Counted from the first letter of the stretch, positions 1 to 14,712 are shown. The stretch: DNA of 64,000 nt from an uncultured Pelagibacteraceae bacterium (GCA_902618695.1 CACNCB010000003.1:17790-81789); one strand, 5' to 3'. Notes: generated by a model from the letters alone, not told the origin. Made by a program: numbers and translations.

Positions 1-738
1 GTGAGTAATGTAAACATAAACTTCTTTGGCACCTCGATTTTTAAGAGCCTTAGCTGCGTTTACAATTGTACCACCTGAATCGATTATATCGTCAACAAGA
101 ATACAAGTTTTTCCTTTAACATCTCCAATAATATTCATTACTTGAGATTGACCTGGCTTTGGTCTTCTTTTATCTACAATTGCTAGTCCAACATTTAAAA
201 TCTTTCCTAGTGCTCTAGCTCTCTCAGTACCACCAACATCTGGTGCAACACAAATTAGATTTTTACTTTTTATCTTTTTTTTTACATGTCTTGCAAAAAT
301 AGGTGTTGCGAACAAGTTATCTACTGGAATATCAAAAAATCCTTGAATTTGTCCTGCATGCAAATCAACAGTAACAACTCTATCTGCTCCTGCTTTAGTA
401 ATTAGATTTGAGACAAGTTTTGCTGAAATTGAGGTTCTTGGTGCAACTTTTCTATCTTGTCTAGCATAACCAAAGTACGGAATAACAGCAGTAATATTTT
501 TTGCTGACGATCTCTTAAGTGCATCAATACATAGCAGTAATTCCATCAGGTTATCATTTGCAGGAGATGAAACAGATTGAATTAAAAAAATACTATTACC
601 TCTAATATTTTCATTTATTTCTACATAGATTTCTCCATCAGAAAAATTTCTAATACTAGAGTTTACTAATTTCGATTTTAGATATTTAGCAATACTCTTA
701 CTTAATGGTTTGTTGCTATTTCCGGATAATAATTTCAT
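1..738 (-). CDS. prs: ribose-phosphate pyrophosphokinase (3' end runs off the window)
   Basis: Manual translation from ATG at 738: [12 protein letters not shown]...NFSDGE...NDNLMELL...[11 protein letters not shown]...[11 protein letters not shown]...[11 protein letters not shown], all PRPP synthetase motifs. Absent from the ORF track because the stop lies outside the window. Confidence 0.96.
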   Translation of the reverse strand, partial: MKLLSGNSNKPLSKSIAKYLKSKLVNSSIRNFSDGEIYVEINENIRGNSIFLIQSVSSPANDNLMELLLCIDALKRSSAKNITAVIPYFGYARQDRKVAPRTSISAKLVSNLITKAGADRVVTVDLHAGQIQGFFDIPVDNLFATPIFARHVKKKIKSKNLICVAPDVGGTERARALGKILNVGLAIVDKRRPKPGQSQVMNIIGDVKGKTCILVDDIIDSGGTIVNAAKALKNRGAKEVYVYITH

Positions 739-747
739 TAAAAAAGC

Positions 748-1506
748 CTAATAAAGCATAATTATTGAAATATTTCTACCATAATCATCATGATTTAGCC
801 TTAACGCTCTTCTTGCACTGAAAAAATTATTATTAATATCAAATGTATCAATATTTAAAGACTCAATATTTTTTATTTTATTCTTTAAAAGACATGATTT
901 TACATATGTGGGTAAATCAAAATAAAGCTTTTTGTACTTAACTTTAAAAAATTTATTATTTTTTTTATCCTTTTTTATAAATTTTCTTTTAAAATCTGCT
1001 TTTACTTCATAATTTTTAGCCGAGATAGCAGGTCCAATAGCTGCAGTAATATTTTTAGGATTAGATCCTTTTTTGATCATAAATTGGATTACTTTGCTAA
1101 TTATATCTTTGTATGCACCTTTCCACCCCGCATGAATTGCTGCAACTAATTTTGTTCTTTCATCACAGATTAAAATTGGGACACAATCAGCAGTTAAAAC
1201 GCCAATTGGCATGTTTTTTTGATTTGTAATTACTGCGTCTGCTTTTGGTTTTGATTTAAATGTGTTTTTTTCATCAATATAAACAAATTTATTACTATGT
1301 ATTTGATGAAGTAAAAAAATACTTTTAGCGGTACTTTTTATTTTTTTTATAACTATTTTTAAATTTTTTTTAACATCTGACGGATTGTCTTTAGAACCAA
1401 GACCACAGTTTAAACTTTTATAAATTTTTTTTGATTTACCGCCAGTTTTATTAAAAAAACCATGTTTAATAGCTTTAATTTTTGAGAGTTTTTTTGATTT
1501 TATCAA
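748..1506 (-). CDS. pgeF: peptidoglycan editing factor / YfiH-family purine nucleoside phosphorylase
   Basis: HQIHS, TADCVP, AIHAGWKG, FFSARR motifs. Confidence 0.92.
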   Translation of the reverse strand: MIKSKKLSKIKAIKHGFFNKTGGKSKKIYKSLNCGLGSKDNPSDVKKNLKIVIKKIKSTAKSIFLLHQIHSNKFVYIDEKNTFKSKPKADAVITNQKNMPIGVLTADCVPILICDERTKLVAAIHAGWKGAYKDIISKVIQFMIKKGSNPKNITAAIGPAISAKNYEVKADFKRKFIKKDKKNNKFFKVKYKKLYFDLPTYVKSCLLKNKIKNIESLNIDTFDINNNFFSARRALRLNHDDYGRNISIIMLY

Positions 1507-2555
1507 TTTTGAAAACCTGTTCTAAAATTATTTTTCTTATTTTTTATAAGCATGACTTTGAATAATTCACCCATCTGCTTTTTATCTATCAAACGTCTTA
1601 CCCTGTAAAATAAATCTGCTTTTTTAGAAAATGCTATATTTTTGCTGATTATTTCTGCCCTTTGAAGAATACCCATACTTGTTAAAAATTTTTTTTGATT
1701 TGTAAAAATTGAATTAATTTCTTTAAACTGACTTATAAATTTCTCAAAAGAATGAAAGTTTATATTGTAAGTAATATCAGAGTCTCCAATATTTTCTAAA
1801 ATGTTAGAATATTTATGGTTATTTACCGCCTGAAGGGTTTCATGCATTTTGCTGTCTGCATAACCATAATCAATTATTAACATTCCTCCATCATTTTTTT
1901 GCACTAGGTCGCAAATTTTTCTTAAATATTTAAAAGTGTCTGGTGAATATTCTATTATGTTCTGATTTTTTGATATTTCAAAATTTAGATATTTATCAAT
2001 TTTTTCTATATCTATTTTTTCTTCTTTAAATTCAGCTTTTTTTGCATCATTCATAAACACGTATCTTTCAAACCAACCATCTTTTTTTTTAAAAAATTGT
2101 TTGATTGGTACGGCATCAAAGAATTCATTAGCTAAAAAAATTGTTGGGTTAGAGTTTATTTTTTCAATATCTTTTAACCATGAAAATTTTTTTGAATTTA
2201 AATTTTTTTTTTGTTCATTTATTAAAAAATCACTTTTTTCATAAATTACAAAACTGCAGGCATTGTAACATTCGGGAAAATTTATAAGTGTCTCATCAAT
2301 GACTTTCATCATTTCGCCATTTCCAGCTCCCAGTTCTAGCAAATTAAATTTTTTTGGAGAGCCTAAACTTTTCCAAAAAGTAATTGTCCAAATTGCAATA
2401 ATCTCTGAAAATAATCTTGTGATATTGGGAGCAGTAATAAAATCTCCACCTTCACCAAAAGGATTCTTTTTCATATAAAAACCTTTATCCTTATCGTAAA
2501 GAGCAAAATTTATAAATTGATCTAATGGTAAATTATTTGTTTTAGCGAGTTTCAT
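1503..2555 (-). CDS. MidA/NDUFAF7-family SAM-dependent methyltransferase
   Basis: GDFITAP, ELGAGNG, ANEFFDAVP, IDYG, MGELFKV; lies between lgt and pgeF as in other alphaproteobacteria. Confidence 0.88.
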   Translation of the reverse strand: MKLAKTNNLPLDQFINFALYDKDKGFYMKKNPFGEGGDFITAPNITRLFSEIIAIWTITFWKSLGSPKKFNLLELGAGNGEMMKVIDETLINFPECYNACSFVIYEKSDFLINEQKKNLNSKKFSWLKDIEKINSNPTIFLANEFFDAVPIKQFFKKKDGWFERYVFMNDAKKAEFKEEKIDIEKIDKYLNFEISKNQNIIEYSPDTFKYLRKICDLVQKNDGGMLIIDYGYADSKMHETLQAVNNHKYSNILENIGDSDITYNINFHSFEKFISQFKEINSIFTNQKKFLTSMGILQRAEIISKNIAFSKKADLFYRVRRLIDKKQMGELFKVMLIKNKKNNFRTGFQN

Positions 2556-3312
2556 ATTTTAAATAAAATAAGATTACCCCTGATAATATAAATATTAAAC
2601 TTACTACTTGCCCCATCGTTAAGTTTAAAAATATATAACCTAGCTGTTCGTCTGGTACTCTATAAAATTCAACAATAAATCTGAAGATTGAGTAAATTAT
2701 TAAAAATAATCCTGAAATTACGCCAGGTTTATTTGAAAATTTGTTTTTAAAATAAATTAATAATAAAAATAAAAATAAACCCTCTAATAGTGCCTCATAT
2801 AATTGCGAGGGATGCCTAGGAAGATTATCTACCTGAACAAATGTTACTGCCCAGGGTACATTAGTTATAGTTCCATACAACTCCGAATTTATAAAGTTTG
2901 CTATTCGTCCAAAAAATAATCCGACTGGAGCTACTAAAGCAACAATATCTAAATATAAGAATGGGTTTTGATTATTTTTTTTAGCGAAAAATATAGATGC
3001 GAAAATAACTCCAATTAAACCACCATGGAAGGACATTCCTCCTTGCCAAATTTTAAATATATCTAATGGATTATTTATATAAAAACTTAAATTATAAATA
3101 GTAATATAACCAAGTCTTCCTCCTAAAATTATACCTATAATTAAATAAGTTAAATAATCATCAAATTTATTTTTAACTTCTATGTCTTGGATAAATAATT
3201 TTTTTGCGAGAATCCAGCCCAATATAATTCCAAATATATAAGCTAAAGAATACCATCTGATTTCTAAAGAAAATATTTCTAAGGCTACTGGGTCAAAATT
3301 ATTAATGAACAT
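2542..3312 (-). CDS. lgt: prolipoprotein diacylglyceryl transferase
   Basis: IRWYSLAY, GGRLGY, GGMSFHGG, GRIANFINSELYG, RHPSQLYE. Confidence 0.97.
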   Translation of the reverse strand: MFINNFDPVALEIFSLEIRWYSLAYIFGIILGWILAKKLFIQDIEVKNKFDDYLTYLIIGIILGGRLGYITIYNLSFYINNPLDIFKIWQGGMSFHGGLIGVIFASIFFAKKNNQNPFLYLDIVALVAPVGLFFGRIANFINSELYGTITNVPWAVTFVQVDNLPRHPSQLYEALLEGLFLFLLLIYFKNKFSNKPGVISGLFLIIYSIFRFIVEFYRVPDEQLGYIFLNLTMGQVVSLIFILSGVILFYLKYETR

Positions 3313-3344
3313 TTTTAATAATACTTATAATGTATATCTTAATT

Positions 3345-3596
3345 ATGAAAAATTCTAAATTTATAATTGATAAGTTTGCTAAATTAATAGAGCAGGGACT
3401 AGTATCCTCAAAAGACTTAACTACTGAATTATTTAATATCTTAAAATCTAAAAGAGATGAGTTTGTTTTTAAAATGAAACTTACAAGTAAAGATGAGTTT
3501 GAAGTACTTTCAAAACGTGTTGAAAACCTTGAAAATAAAATAAATAAACCTGAGAAAAAAAAAAATAAAAAAATTAAAAAGGCAAGAAAACTTTAA
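3345..3596 (+). CDS. UbiK/BMFP-family accessory coiled-coil protein
   Basis: KMKLTSKDEFEV resembles the LDLVTREEF motif, followed by a coiled coil; divergent from lgt. Start moved to ATG 3345 (track start 3330). Confidence 0.65.
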   Translation: MKNSKFIIDKFAKLIEQGLVSSKDLTTELFNILKSKRDEFVFKMKLTSKDEFEVLSKRVENLENKINKPEKKKNKKIKKARKL

Positions 3597-4893
3597 CTCT
3601 TAAACCATCCATCTTTGATTTTTCTAACATTATATTTCCTCCATGAGATTTTATAATGTCCGAAGAAATTGATAAACCAAGACCAACACTTGATTTAGAA
3701 TTTGCTCGGCCTTTATCTATTTTATAGAAAGGTTTAAATACATTTTCATACTCATTTTTTGGTATTCCAGGACCATCATCATCAATAATAATGAATAAAT
3801 TTGTATTTTTTTTACTTAAGCTAATTTCAACTTTATTTGCATATTTCAGGGAATTATCAATAAGATTATTTAGACATCTATTAATCAAATTTTTCCTGCC
3901 ATTAAAGTAAATTCTAGGTGTTAAGTTTTGTGAAATATTTTTGTTATCGTATTTTTCAATAACTTCTGAAATTAATCCAGATAGATTAAACATTTCATCT
4001 TTTTCAACATACGATGAGCTGGTAAATTGTAAATATTCATTTAACATTTTTTCCATTTCATTGATGTCTTCTGTTAATTTATTAACGGTTTCTTTATCTT
4101 TTATAAAAGCTAATTGTAGTTTCATCCTTGTTAATGGCGTCCTTAAATCATGACTTATTCCAGATAACATTTCTGTTCTTTGATTTATGTGTCTTTCGAT
4201 TCTCTTTCTCATTTTATCAAATTCATGTCCTGCTTGTCTTATTTCAAGAGCTCCAGAAGGTTTAAACTCTTCAATATTTTCTCCTTTACCAAACCTTTCA
4301 GCCGCACGAGCAAGGTTAGTGATAGGTCTGGTTTGATTTTTTAAAAATATTAAAGAAATAATCACCATTATAATTGCAGGTACTGTGATCCAAAGTGCAA
4401 ATATTCTTGCTGAAGAACTTGCAACTCTATCTTTAGGAACTAAAAATTTAAAATAACCATCTTCATATTTAATTCTTAAATCAATTAATTCCTTATAACT
4501 TGTTGTATCAAACCAGTATTCATTAAATCCAAATTTAGATTTTAGCTCTCTTCTTAAAGTTCTATCTATAGGACTAAACCATCGCTCAGTATCTTTATTT
4601 TGCAATTTTTCGTTATTGGTGAATTCAATATTTAAATCTAAAAATATGGAAAAAAGATCTAGCAGCTCTTGTTTATTTTCTTGATCACTTCCATAAGCTT
4701 CAATAAATGTGCTAATTTCATTTACTAAAGTTCTTGTCATACCTTTGTTTGTTTTGATCCAAAGGCTATCAAAAAAAACAATTGTAATTATTAGTTGTAG
4801 AAATAAAACTGGAATAGCAACAATAAGAAGTGCTCTATAAAATAATCTCTTTGGTAATATTTTTTTAAAGAAATCACTCAATCCAGAGAACAT
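3574..4893 (-). CDS. envZ: EnvZ-like sensor histidine kinase (HAMP, HisKA, HATPase)
   Basis: Two TM segments, H-box SHDLRTPLTR, N-box NLIDNSLKY, DDGPG, GLGL. Likely start ATG 4893 (track start 4902). Confidence 0.85.
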   Translation of the reverse strand: MFSGLSDFFKKILPKRLFYRALLIVAIPVLFLQLIITIVFFDSLWIKTNKGMTRTLVNEISTFIEAYGSDQENKQELLDLFSIFLDLNIEFTNNEKLQNKDTERWFSPIDRTLRRELKSKFGFNEYWFDTTSYKELIDLRIKYEDGYFKFLVPKDRVASSSARIFALWITVPAIIMVIISLIFLKNQTRPITNLARAAERFGKGENIEEFKPSGALEIRQAGHEFDKMRKRIERHINQRTEMLSGISHDLRTPLTRMKLQLAFIKDKETVNKLTEDINEMEKMLNEYLQFTSSSYVEKDEMFNLSGLISEVIEKYDNKNISQNLTPRIYFNGRKNLINRCLNNLIDNSLKYANKVEISLSKKNTNLFIIIDDDGPGIPKNEYENVFKPFYKIDKGRANSKSSVGLGLSISSDIIKSHGGNIMLEKSKMDGLRVKVFLPF

Positions 4894-5551
4894 ATCCTGC
4901 ACCTCTTATTGTTTGTAAAAATTTTGGATTTTTTGGGTCAATTTCAATCTTTTTTCTAAGCCGAGTAATAATAACATCTATTGATCTTTCTTTATCTAGA
5001 TTAATTAATTGACCAATATCTGCTCTTGAAAATGTTTTACCTGGATTATTAATCATTTTTTCTAAAATTGTTTTTTCAGTTGCATTAATCTTAAACTCTT
5101 TCTCTTTTTTGAATATTAAAAGTTTATTCAAATCAATTTTCACATTCTCAAATTCTATAACTCTTTTCTGATCAGTTTTAATAGTTTTATTTAATATGTT
5201 TTGTATTCTTAGAATTAATTCTTTTGGTTCAAACGGTTTCGGTAAGTAATCATCTGCACCAATCTCTAAGCCTTCAACCCTTTCATTTGCTTCACCTTTA
5301 GCAGTTAGAAGTATAACCGGTGTGTCTATTTTTTTTTGATTTTCTTTTAAAAATTCCAGCCCACTTTTACCAGGCATCATAATATCCAAAACTATTAAAT
5401 CAAACTTAATTATTTTTAGTTTCTCTAATGCATTTTCAGCATTTTCAGCAGTAGTGACTAAGAATTTATTTTCATTTAAATACTTTTTTACAAGAGATCT
5501 AATTCCATCATCATCATCAACCACTAGTATATGTGCTATAAACTTATCCAT
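4874..5551 (-). CDS. ompR: OmpR/PetR-family response regulator
   Basis: Receiver VVDDD...LDIMMPG...GADDYLPKPF and winged helix RSIDVIITRLRKKIE...TIRGAGY. Confidence 0.85.
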   Translation of the reverse strand: MDKFIAHILVVDDDDGIRSLVKKYLNENKFLVTTAENAENALEKLKIIKFDLIVLDIMMPGKSGLEFLKENQKKIDTPVILLTAKGEANERVEGLEIGADDYLPKPFEPKELILRIQNILNKTIKTDQKRVIEFENVKIDLNKLLIFKKEKEFKINATEKTILEKMINNPGKTFSRADIGQLINLDKERSIDVIITRLRKKIEIDPKNPKFLQTIRGAGYVLWIE

Positions 5552-5981
5552 TAATTATTTTACTTAATACATTATCAAAATTTATAACTTCTTCAGAACT
5601 TGAATTTAATAATGCATTATAAATTCTCTTTTTTTGTATCTTAAAAATTTCACTAAAAATTCTTTTACCTTTATCATTAAGAAAGACATGCTTTACCCTA
5701 GTATCCTGATCATCTTTTTTAAACATAATGATTTCAAGTTTAATTAAATCTTTGAGTACACGATTTAAGCTTTGTTTTGTGACTTTTAGTCTCTTAAGTA
5801 ACTCTGAAATTGAGATCCCTTCATACATTGACAGTAAATGTATTACTTTATGGTGTGCTAGACCAATTGAATATCTATCTAATATTTTTTTAGAGTCAGA
5901 AAAGGTTTCTCTATAACTTACGAATAGTTTTTCAATAAGATCTTTAAGCTGATCATCTTTTAAATATAAAAGTTCTTTCAT
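5544..5981 (-). CDS. MarR-family regulator (PetP-like)
   Basis: GLAHHKVIH, LKVTKQSLNRVLKDL winged HTH, DxR wing; first gene of the MarR-RR-HK operon. Confidence 0.85.
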   Translation of the reverse strand: MKELLYLKDDQLKDLIEKLFVSYRETFSDSKKILDRYSIGLAHHKVIHLLSMYEGISISELLKRLKVTKQSLNRVLKDLIKLEIIMFKKDDQDTRVKHVFLNDKGKRIFSEIFKIQKKRIYNALLNSSSEEVINFDNVLSKIING

Positions 5982-5982
5982 A

Positions 5983-6025
5983 ATAGGTAAGTTATATTGA
6001 CATATTAAAGATACAAAGATATTTT
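5983..6025 (+). promoter_or_regulatory. sigma70-like promoter for ilvE overlapped by an imperfect dyad (candidate MarR operator)
   Basis: TTGACA at 5997-6002, 17-bp spacer, TATTTT at 6020-6025; partial inverted symmetry ATAGGTAAGTTATATTGACATAT at 5983-6005. Confidence 0.5.
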
Positions 6026-6053
6026 TCAGTTATAAATTAAAAAATTTTCATAC

Positions 6054-6935
6054 ATGATACCTTACGATAAGCGATCTGGAAAAATATGGTACAACAACGA
6101 ATTAGTTGATTGGGCTGATGTTAAACTGCATGTTTTAAGCCATGGTATGCACTATGCTAGTTGTGTGTTTGAAGGTGAGAGAGTCTATGATGGTTCAATT
6201 TTCAAATTAGAAGAGCACACAGCTAGATTTTTTCATTCTGCTAAAAGAATGGGTTTTGAAATTCCATATACAGAAGAAGAAATCAATAATGCATCAAATA
6301 AAATTATAGCAACTCAAAAAGTAGAAAATGGTTATGTAAGACCTGTTGCTTGGAGGGGTAGTGAGATGATGGCTATTTCTGCCCAACAAACAAAAATACA
6401 TGTTGCAATTGCAACATGGGAATGGGGATCATATTTTGATCCTAAACTTAAAGTAGAGGGAATAAGATTAAACATTTCAAATTGGAGAAGACCAGCACCT
6501 AATACAATCCCATGGGATACTAAGGCATCAGGTCTTTATATGATTTGTACTCTCTCAAAACATGAGGCAGAAAAGCAAGGATATACAGATTCTTTAATGC
6601 TTGATCACGAGGGGAATATTGCTGAAGCAACTGGAGCAAATATTTTTTTCAAAGATAAAAATGGAGAAATTCATACTCCAATACCAGACTCTTTTTTAGA
6701 TGGTATTACAAGAAGAACTGTAATTAAAATTGCGAAATCAAAAAATATAAAAGTACATGAAAGAAAAATTAGTCCTACTGAATTAAAAGATTTTGTTGGA
6801 TGTTTTTTAACAGGAACAGCAGCAGAGGTAACACCAGTATCTTGTATTGCTGAAAATCAATTTAAAGTTTGTGATACTATTATTGATTTGAATGAAAGTT
6901 ATCAAGCATTAGTTAGGAAGAAAAAAGCAGCTTAG
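6054..6935 (+). CDS. ilvE: branched-chain amino acid aminotransferase
   Basis: HYASCVFEG, KASGLY, EATGANIFF, LDGITR, FLTGTAAEV (class IV PLP fold). Confidence 0.95.
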   Translation: MIPYDKRSGKIWYNNELVDWADVKLHVLSHGMHYASCVFEGERVYDGSIFKLEEHTARFFHSAKRMGFEIPYTEEEINNASNKIIATQKVENGYVRPVAWRGSEMMAISAQQTKIHVAIATWEWGSYFDPKLKVEGIRLNISNWRRPAPNTIPWDTKASGLYMICTLSKHEAEKQGYTDSLMLDHEGNIAEATGANIFFKDKNGEIHTPIPDSFLDGITRRTVIKIAKSKNIKVHERKISPTELKDFVGCFLTGTAAEVTPVSCIAENQFKVCDTIIDLNESYQALVRKKKAA

Positions 6936-7516
6936 TCTTTACTGTCCTCAGACATGGCGTGATCAATACCTTTTCGCATATAGTCATATGCAGTGAAAAG
7001 TGTTAAAGCAGCAGATAACCACAAAAGAATTATACCTATAGTTTGAGCATTATAATCTTGGAAATTAATTATTTTATTTCCTGTATCTCCAGATAATAAA
7101 AGAGCTATCGATACCATCTGTAACACTGTTTTAAGTTTAGCAAGGTTTGAAACAGGAAGTTTTATTTTTCCCTTTGCTAAAAATTCTCTTAAACCTGAAA
7201 TTAAAATTTCTCTTATAAGAATTATTATTGCTGCTATTACCTCATAATTTCTGATTGTTCCATCCATAACTAAAAGTATTAATGCTGTAGCAACAATAAT
7301 TTTATCAGCTATTGGATCTAATAATTCTCCAAGTTTTGACTCTACACCAAACATTCTAGCCAACATTCCATCTAAAAAGTCTGTAAATGATGCAACAATA
7401 AATAATATTAAAGCAGTAAGATCACCATAAAAACCTGGAAGATAAAAAGCTAAAACAAAAAAGGGAACAATTAAGATTCGTCCTATCGTTAATATGTTTG
7501 GAATTTTTTTTAGCAT
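6932..7516 (-). CDS. pgsA: CDP-diacylglycerol--glycerol-3-phosphate 3-phosphatidyltransferase
   Basis: PNILTIGR, DFLDGMLAR...GELLDPIADK; follows uvrC. Confidence 0.96.
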   Translation of the reverse strand: MLKKIPNILTIGRILIVPFFVLAFYLPGFYGDLTALILFIVASFTDFLDGMLARMFGVESKLGELLDPIADKIIVATALILLVMDGTIRNYEVIAAIIILIREILISGLREFLAKGKIKLPVSNLAKLKTVLQMVSIALLLSGDTGNKIINFQDYNAQTIGIILLWLSAALTLFTAYDYMRKGIDHAMSEDSKD

Positions 7517-7518
7517 AA

Positions 7519-9354
7519 TTATTCGTGAAAAAAGTTATATATCTTTTTTGCTACTTTTTCCTCAACACCTTCTACAGATTTTATTTCATCTAAGCTAGCT
7601 GACTCAACGGATCTTGCAGATCCAAAATGGTTCAATAAAGCTCTTTTTCTTATAGCCCCAATTCCCTCTATTTGGTCTAACAGAGATTTGCTGATACCTT
7701 TTTTTCTCTTTGCTCTGTGAGCGCTTATGGCAAATCTATGTGATTCATCTCTTATTCTTTGAAGAAAAAATAGGGTAGGGTCATTTCTAGTGAATTTATA
7801 TTCTTTACCATTGTGAAAAAAAGTTTCATTTCCACTATTTCTAAATTTACCTTTTGCTATTGCAATAATTGGGATGTCATGAAGTCCTAATTCATTAAGG
7901 CTCTCTCTAGCTACAGAATATTGACCTTTTCCCCCATCTACTAGAACCAAATCAGGAAAGGCAAGGTAATTATCTTTTTCTTGAACTGCTCTTTTAAACC
8001 TTCTATTCAACACTTCTCTCATCATTCCATAATCATCTTGCTCATTTTTTTTGTGTTTAATATTAAATTTTCTATATCTTTTTTTAATAAATCCTTCATC
8101 ACCGTATGCTATTAAAGCTCCAACACTATTCGTACCTTGTATATGACTATTATCGTAAACCTCAATTAAATTTATATTGTTTTCTAAGTTAAATTTTTGA
8201 GCTACTGAATCGAACAATTCTTTATTATTCTGACTTTCATAAAGTTTTCTATTAAGACTATCTTTTGCATTTTTTATTGCTTGATTAATAACCTTTAGTT
8301 TTGACCCTTTTTTTGCAACTGAAATGTTTACCTGTTTACCCTCTTTTTGTGTTAGTGTTTTTTCAATTAATGCCTTTTCCCTTATTTCTTCTGAAAGAAT
8401 TACCGATGAAGGAACACTTTTGTTTTCATAAAATTGAGAAACAAACGAATTCAGGATTTCACTAAATTTTTCATCAGGATCATGTTTTGGGAAAAAAGCT
8501 TGATTACCCCAATTTTGTTTTGATCTATAAAAAAATACTTGAATGCAAGTTTTTCCAGATTCTTTGTATCCCGCAATCACATCTGCCTCAACTAAGTTTG
8601 CTTCATTAATTCTCTGTGAGGATTGAATTATGTTCAATGCTTTAATTCTATCTCTTAAAATTACTGCTTTTTCAAAATCAAGATCATCACTTGCTTTTTC
8701 CATTTGATTAGATAGATTTTTTTGAATTTTCCTGGATTTGCCTGAAACAAATTCAATAGCATCCTCTACTGTTTGAATATAATCCTCTTTTTTAACGTAT
8801 CCCACACAAGGTCCAGAACATCTTTTTATTTGATATAAAATACACGGTCTTTCTCTGTTTTTGAAAACAGTGTCATCACAAACTCTTAAATGAAAAATTT
8901 TTTGAATCATTTTGATTGTCCAATTAGCTGAACCTGCAGAGGCAAAAGGTCCAAAGTAAAAACCTTCTTTTGTTTTTTTTCCTCTATGTCTTTTTATTTG
9001 AGGCCATTTATCTTTATTGCCAATAAATATAAATGGAAATGACTTGTCATCACGTAAAAGGATATTAAATTTTGGCTTATGCTTTTTAATTAAATTTGCC
9101 TCTAGAAGTAATGCTTCACTTTCATTAGATGTTGTTGTTATCTCTAATTTTTTTGTTTGAGATAACATTCGTTCAGTTCTAATTATATGATTTTTCTCTG
9201 CAACATAACTCTTTAATCTATTAGGTAAGTTTTTGGCTTTACCTACATAAAGAATTTCATTCTTTTCATTAAGCATCCTATATACGCCTGGAAGTTTTGG
9301 TACTAGAGGTAGCTCTTTTTTAATTACTTCTTTTCCTATTTCAGAGCTTATCAT
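7519..9354 (-). CDS. uvrC: excinuclease ABC subunit C
   Basis: [39 protein letters not shown], HhH domain. Likely start ATG 9354 (track start 9384). Confidence 0.97.
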   Translation of the reverse strand: MISSEIGKEVIKKELPLVPKLPGVYRMLNEKNEILYVGKAKNLPNRLKSYVAEKNHIIRTERMLSQTKKLEITTTSNESEALLLEANLIKKHKPKFNILLRDDKSFPFIFIGNKDKWPQIKRHRGKKTKEGFYFGPFASAGSANWTIKMIQKIFHLRVCDDTVFKNRERPCILYQIKRCSGPCVGYVKKEDYIQTVEDAIEFVSGKSRKIQKNLSNQMEKASDDLDFEKAVILRDRIKALNIIQSSQRINEANLVEADVIAGYKESGKTCIQVFFYRSKQNWGNQAFFPKHDPDEKFSEILNSFVSQFYENKSVPSSVILSEEIREKALIEKTLTQKEGKQVNISVAKKGSKLKVINQAIKNAKDSLNRKLYESQNNKELFDSVAQKFNLENNINLIEVYDNSHIQGTNSVGALIAYGDEGFIKKRYRKFNIKHKKNEQDDYGMMREVLNRRFKRAVQEKDNYLAFPDLVLVDGGKGQYSVARESLNELGLHDIPIIAIAKGKFRNSGNETFFHNGKEYKFTRNDPTLFFLQRIRDESHRFAISAHRAKRKKGISKSLLDQIEGIGAIRKRALLNHFGSARSVESASLDEIKSVEGVEEKVAKKIYNFFHE

Positions 9355-9766
9355 GGCTTCTCTTTTTGGTAATTTGAATACCAACAGATGAACACTGTTT
9401 TAAGATTTCTAATTTTTCGATTTTCAACATTATTTTAGCAATCCTTTTGTCTTTAAATAGTTCGTCAAAAACAGCTTCTGCCAATGTTTCTAAAAAGTTA
9501 TAATGTTTCTTTTTTACAAGTTTAGTAATTAATTTTACAATTGTTCCATAATTTACAATAGATTTTATATCTTTATCGCTAGAAGGTTTTTTATCCTCAT
9601 AGTCTATTTCAAGACTAAATTTTACTTTTTGTGATTTTTCTTTTTCAGAGTCGTAATAACCAAGTTTTAAATCTAAAATTAACTCATTAATTAGTATTTT
9701 TTTCTCATAATTAAATAAAGTCTTATTTTTATCTATTTTGACAATTTTTAAATTATTTTTTTTCAT
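9341..9766 (-). CDS. folB: dihydroneopterin aldolase
   Basis: GYYDSEK..Q, SIVNY, FLETLAE, KIEK, SVGIQI. Confidence 0.85.
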   Translation of the reverse strand: MKKNNLKIVKIDKNKTLFNYEKKILINELILDLKLGYYDSEKEKSQKVKFSLEIDYEDKKPSSDKDIKSIVNYGTIVKLITKLVKKKHYNFLETLAEAVFDELFKDKRIAKIMLKIEKLEILKQCSSVGIQITKKRSHDKL

Positions 9767-9912
9767 TATTTAGTTCCAAAAATAGTAAGATTCCAACATG
9801 CATTCCCATCCTCAATACGAACATAGCAACCAAAAAATGACATTATTTTAAATGCAAAAAAACCACCAATTAAAATTATTACTGCCGCAAGAAAAGGATT
9901 AATTTTTTTCAT
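9766..9912 (-). CDS. 48-aa hypothetical single-pass membrane microprotein
   Basis: Manual translation [48 protein letters not shown]; ATGA overlap with the SDR stop and TAATG overlap with the folB start. Confidence 0.8.
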   Translation of the reverse strand: MKKINPFLAAVIILIGGFFAFKIMSFFGCYVRIEDGNACWNLTIFGTK

Positions 9913-10645
9913 TCTTTCCCTCTCATTATATCTGGTGTTTGCCAGTTTAAATTCTGTCCACTATCTATTGCTAAAACTTGTCCTGTAATAGATATATTTT
10001 TTATAAAAAAGTCAACAGCATTACATATTTGTTCTACATCAACTTGTCTTTTTAAAGGGGTTGCTAAGTATTGTTTTCTAAAATGTTTTTCAGATTGTCT
10101 TTGATTTTTAATAGTTGGACCAGGTGCTATACCGTTTACTCTAATTTTTGGAGCGAAACTCATAGCACTAGTTTTAGTTAAAGTATAAAGTCCAGTTTTA
10201 CTAATTGTGTAAGAAAAAAAATAGGGAGTTAGTTTAAATACTCTTTGATCAATAATATTAATTATATTGTTATTTTTTCCTTTAACATTTTTTGCAAATT
10301 CTTTAGATAATAATGCAGGTGTTCTTAAATTTGTTCTTAAATGTTGCCCCCAACTATCTGTTGTAAAGTTTTCTAATTTATCATTTTCAAATAAAGAAGC
10401 GTTATTAATAAGACAATCAAAATATTTAAGTTTTGATTTTGCATATTTTACAATTTTATTTACATCATTTTCTTTACTCAAATCACCTTTAACTAAGTAA
10501 ACTTTAGTACCACCATTTGACAGTTCTTTTTTTAACTTCTCAGCTTTTAATTTTGACTTATTAAAATGAATGAGAATTTCTTTATTAGGGCCAGATAATT
10601 TTTTTGCAATCGCAGCACCAATTCTTGTTGCTCCACCTGTAATAA

Positions 10646-10664
<19 letters not shown>
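9909..10664 (-). CDS. short-chain dehydrogenase, pteridine reductase (FolM/PTR1-like)
   Basis: TGGATRIG (Arg variant typical of pteridine reductases), NNAS, YTISK, VNGIAPG; upstream of folB. Confidence 0.8.
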
Positions 10665-14055
<3,391 letters not shown>

Positions 14056-14056
<1 letters not shown>

Positions 14057-14712
14057 TGAAAACAGCCATAGTATTTGGTTCCACTGGATTAATTGGTGGC
14101 CATTTAGTTAATCAATTAATTCAAGATAATTATTACTCTAAAATTAAGATTTTCGTTCGTTCACAAACTTCAATTAATAATGAAAAAGTTGAGGTTATAA
14201 ATATTGATTTTAATAATCTAGGAAATCATAAAACTGAAATTACAGGGGATGATTGCTTTTTTTGTATTGGTACTACAAAGCAAAATTCTCCTGATAAAAA
14301 TGATTACCAAAAAGTAGAGTTAGATATTCCAAAAGAAATTGCACAAATTGCAAAAGCTAATTCAGTTAAGTCATTTATTTTTATTTCATCAATATATGCT
14401 AATCCAAATAGTTCAGGGAATTATGTGAAATTTAAAGGTTTAGTTGAAGAAGAATTAAAAAGATTAAACTTCTCTAAATTAGGAATATTAAGACCTTCTT
14501 TTTTAATGGGGAAAAGAAAAGAGAACAGAGTAGGTGAAAAAATAGGTATTTTGACTTTTAGGGCACTGTCACCTTTATTACTTGGGCCACTTAAAAAAAT
14601 GAGACCGATCAATTCGGAAAAAGTTGCAAAAGCAATGATTAAGATTTCTAATGGTGACTTTAGACAACAAGTATTCGAGTCTAATGAAATAGTGGAAATT
14701 AGTAATAATTAA
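14056..14712 (+). CDS. atypical SDR, NAD(P)-binding (CC3/TIP30/YraR-like)
   Basis: GSTGLIG, CIGTT, Y..FKG.VE, RPSFLMG.R. Confidence 0.75.
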
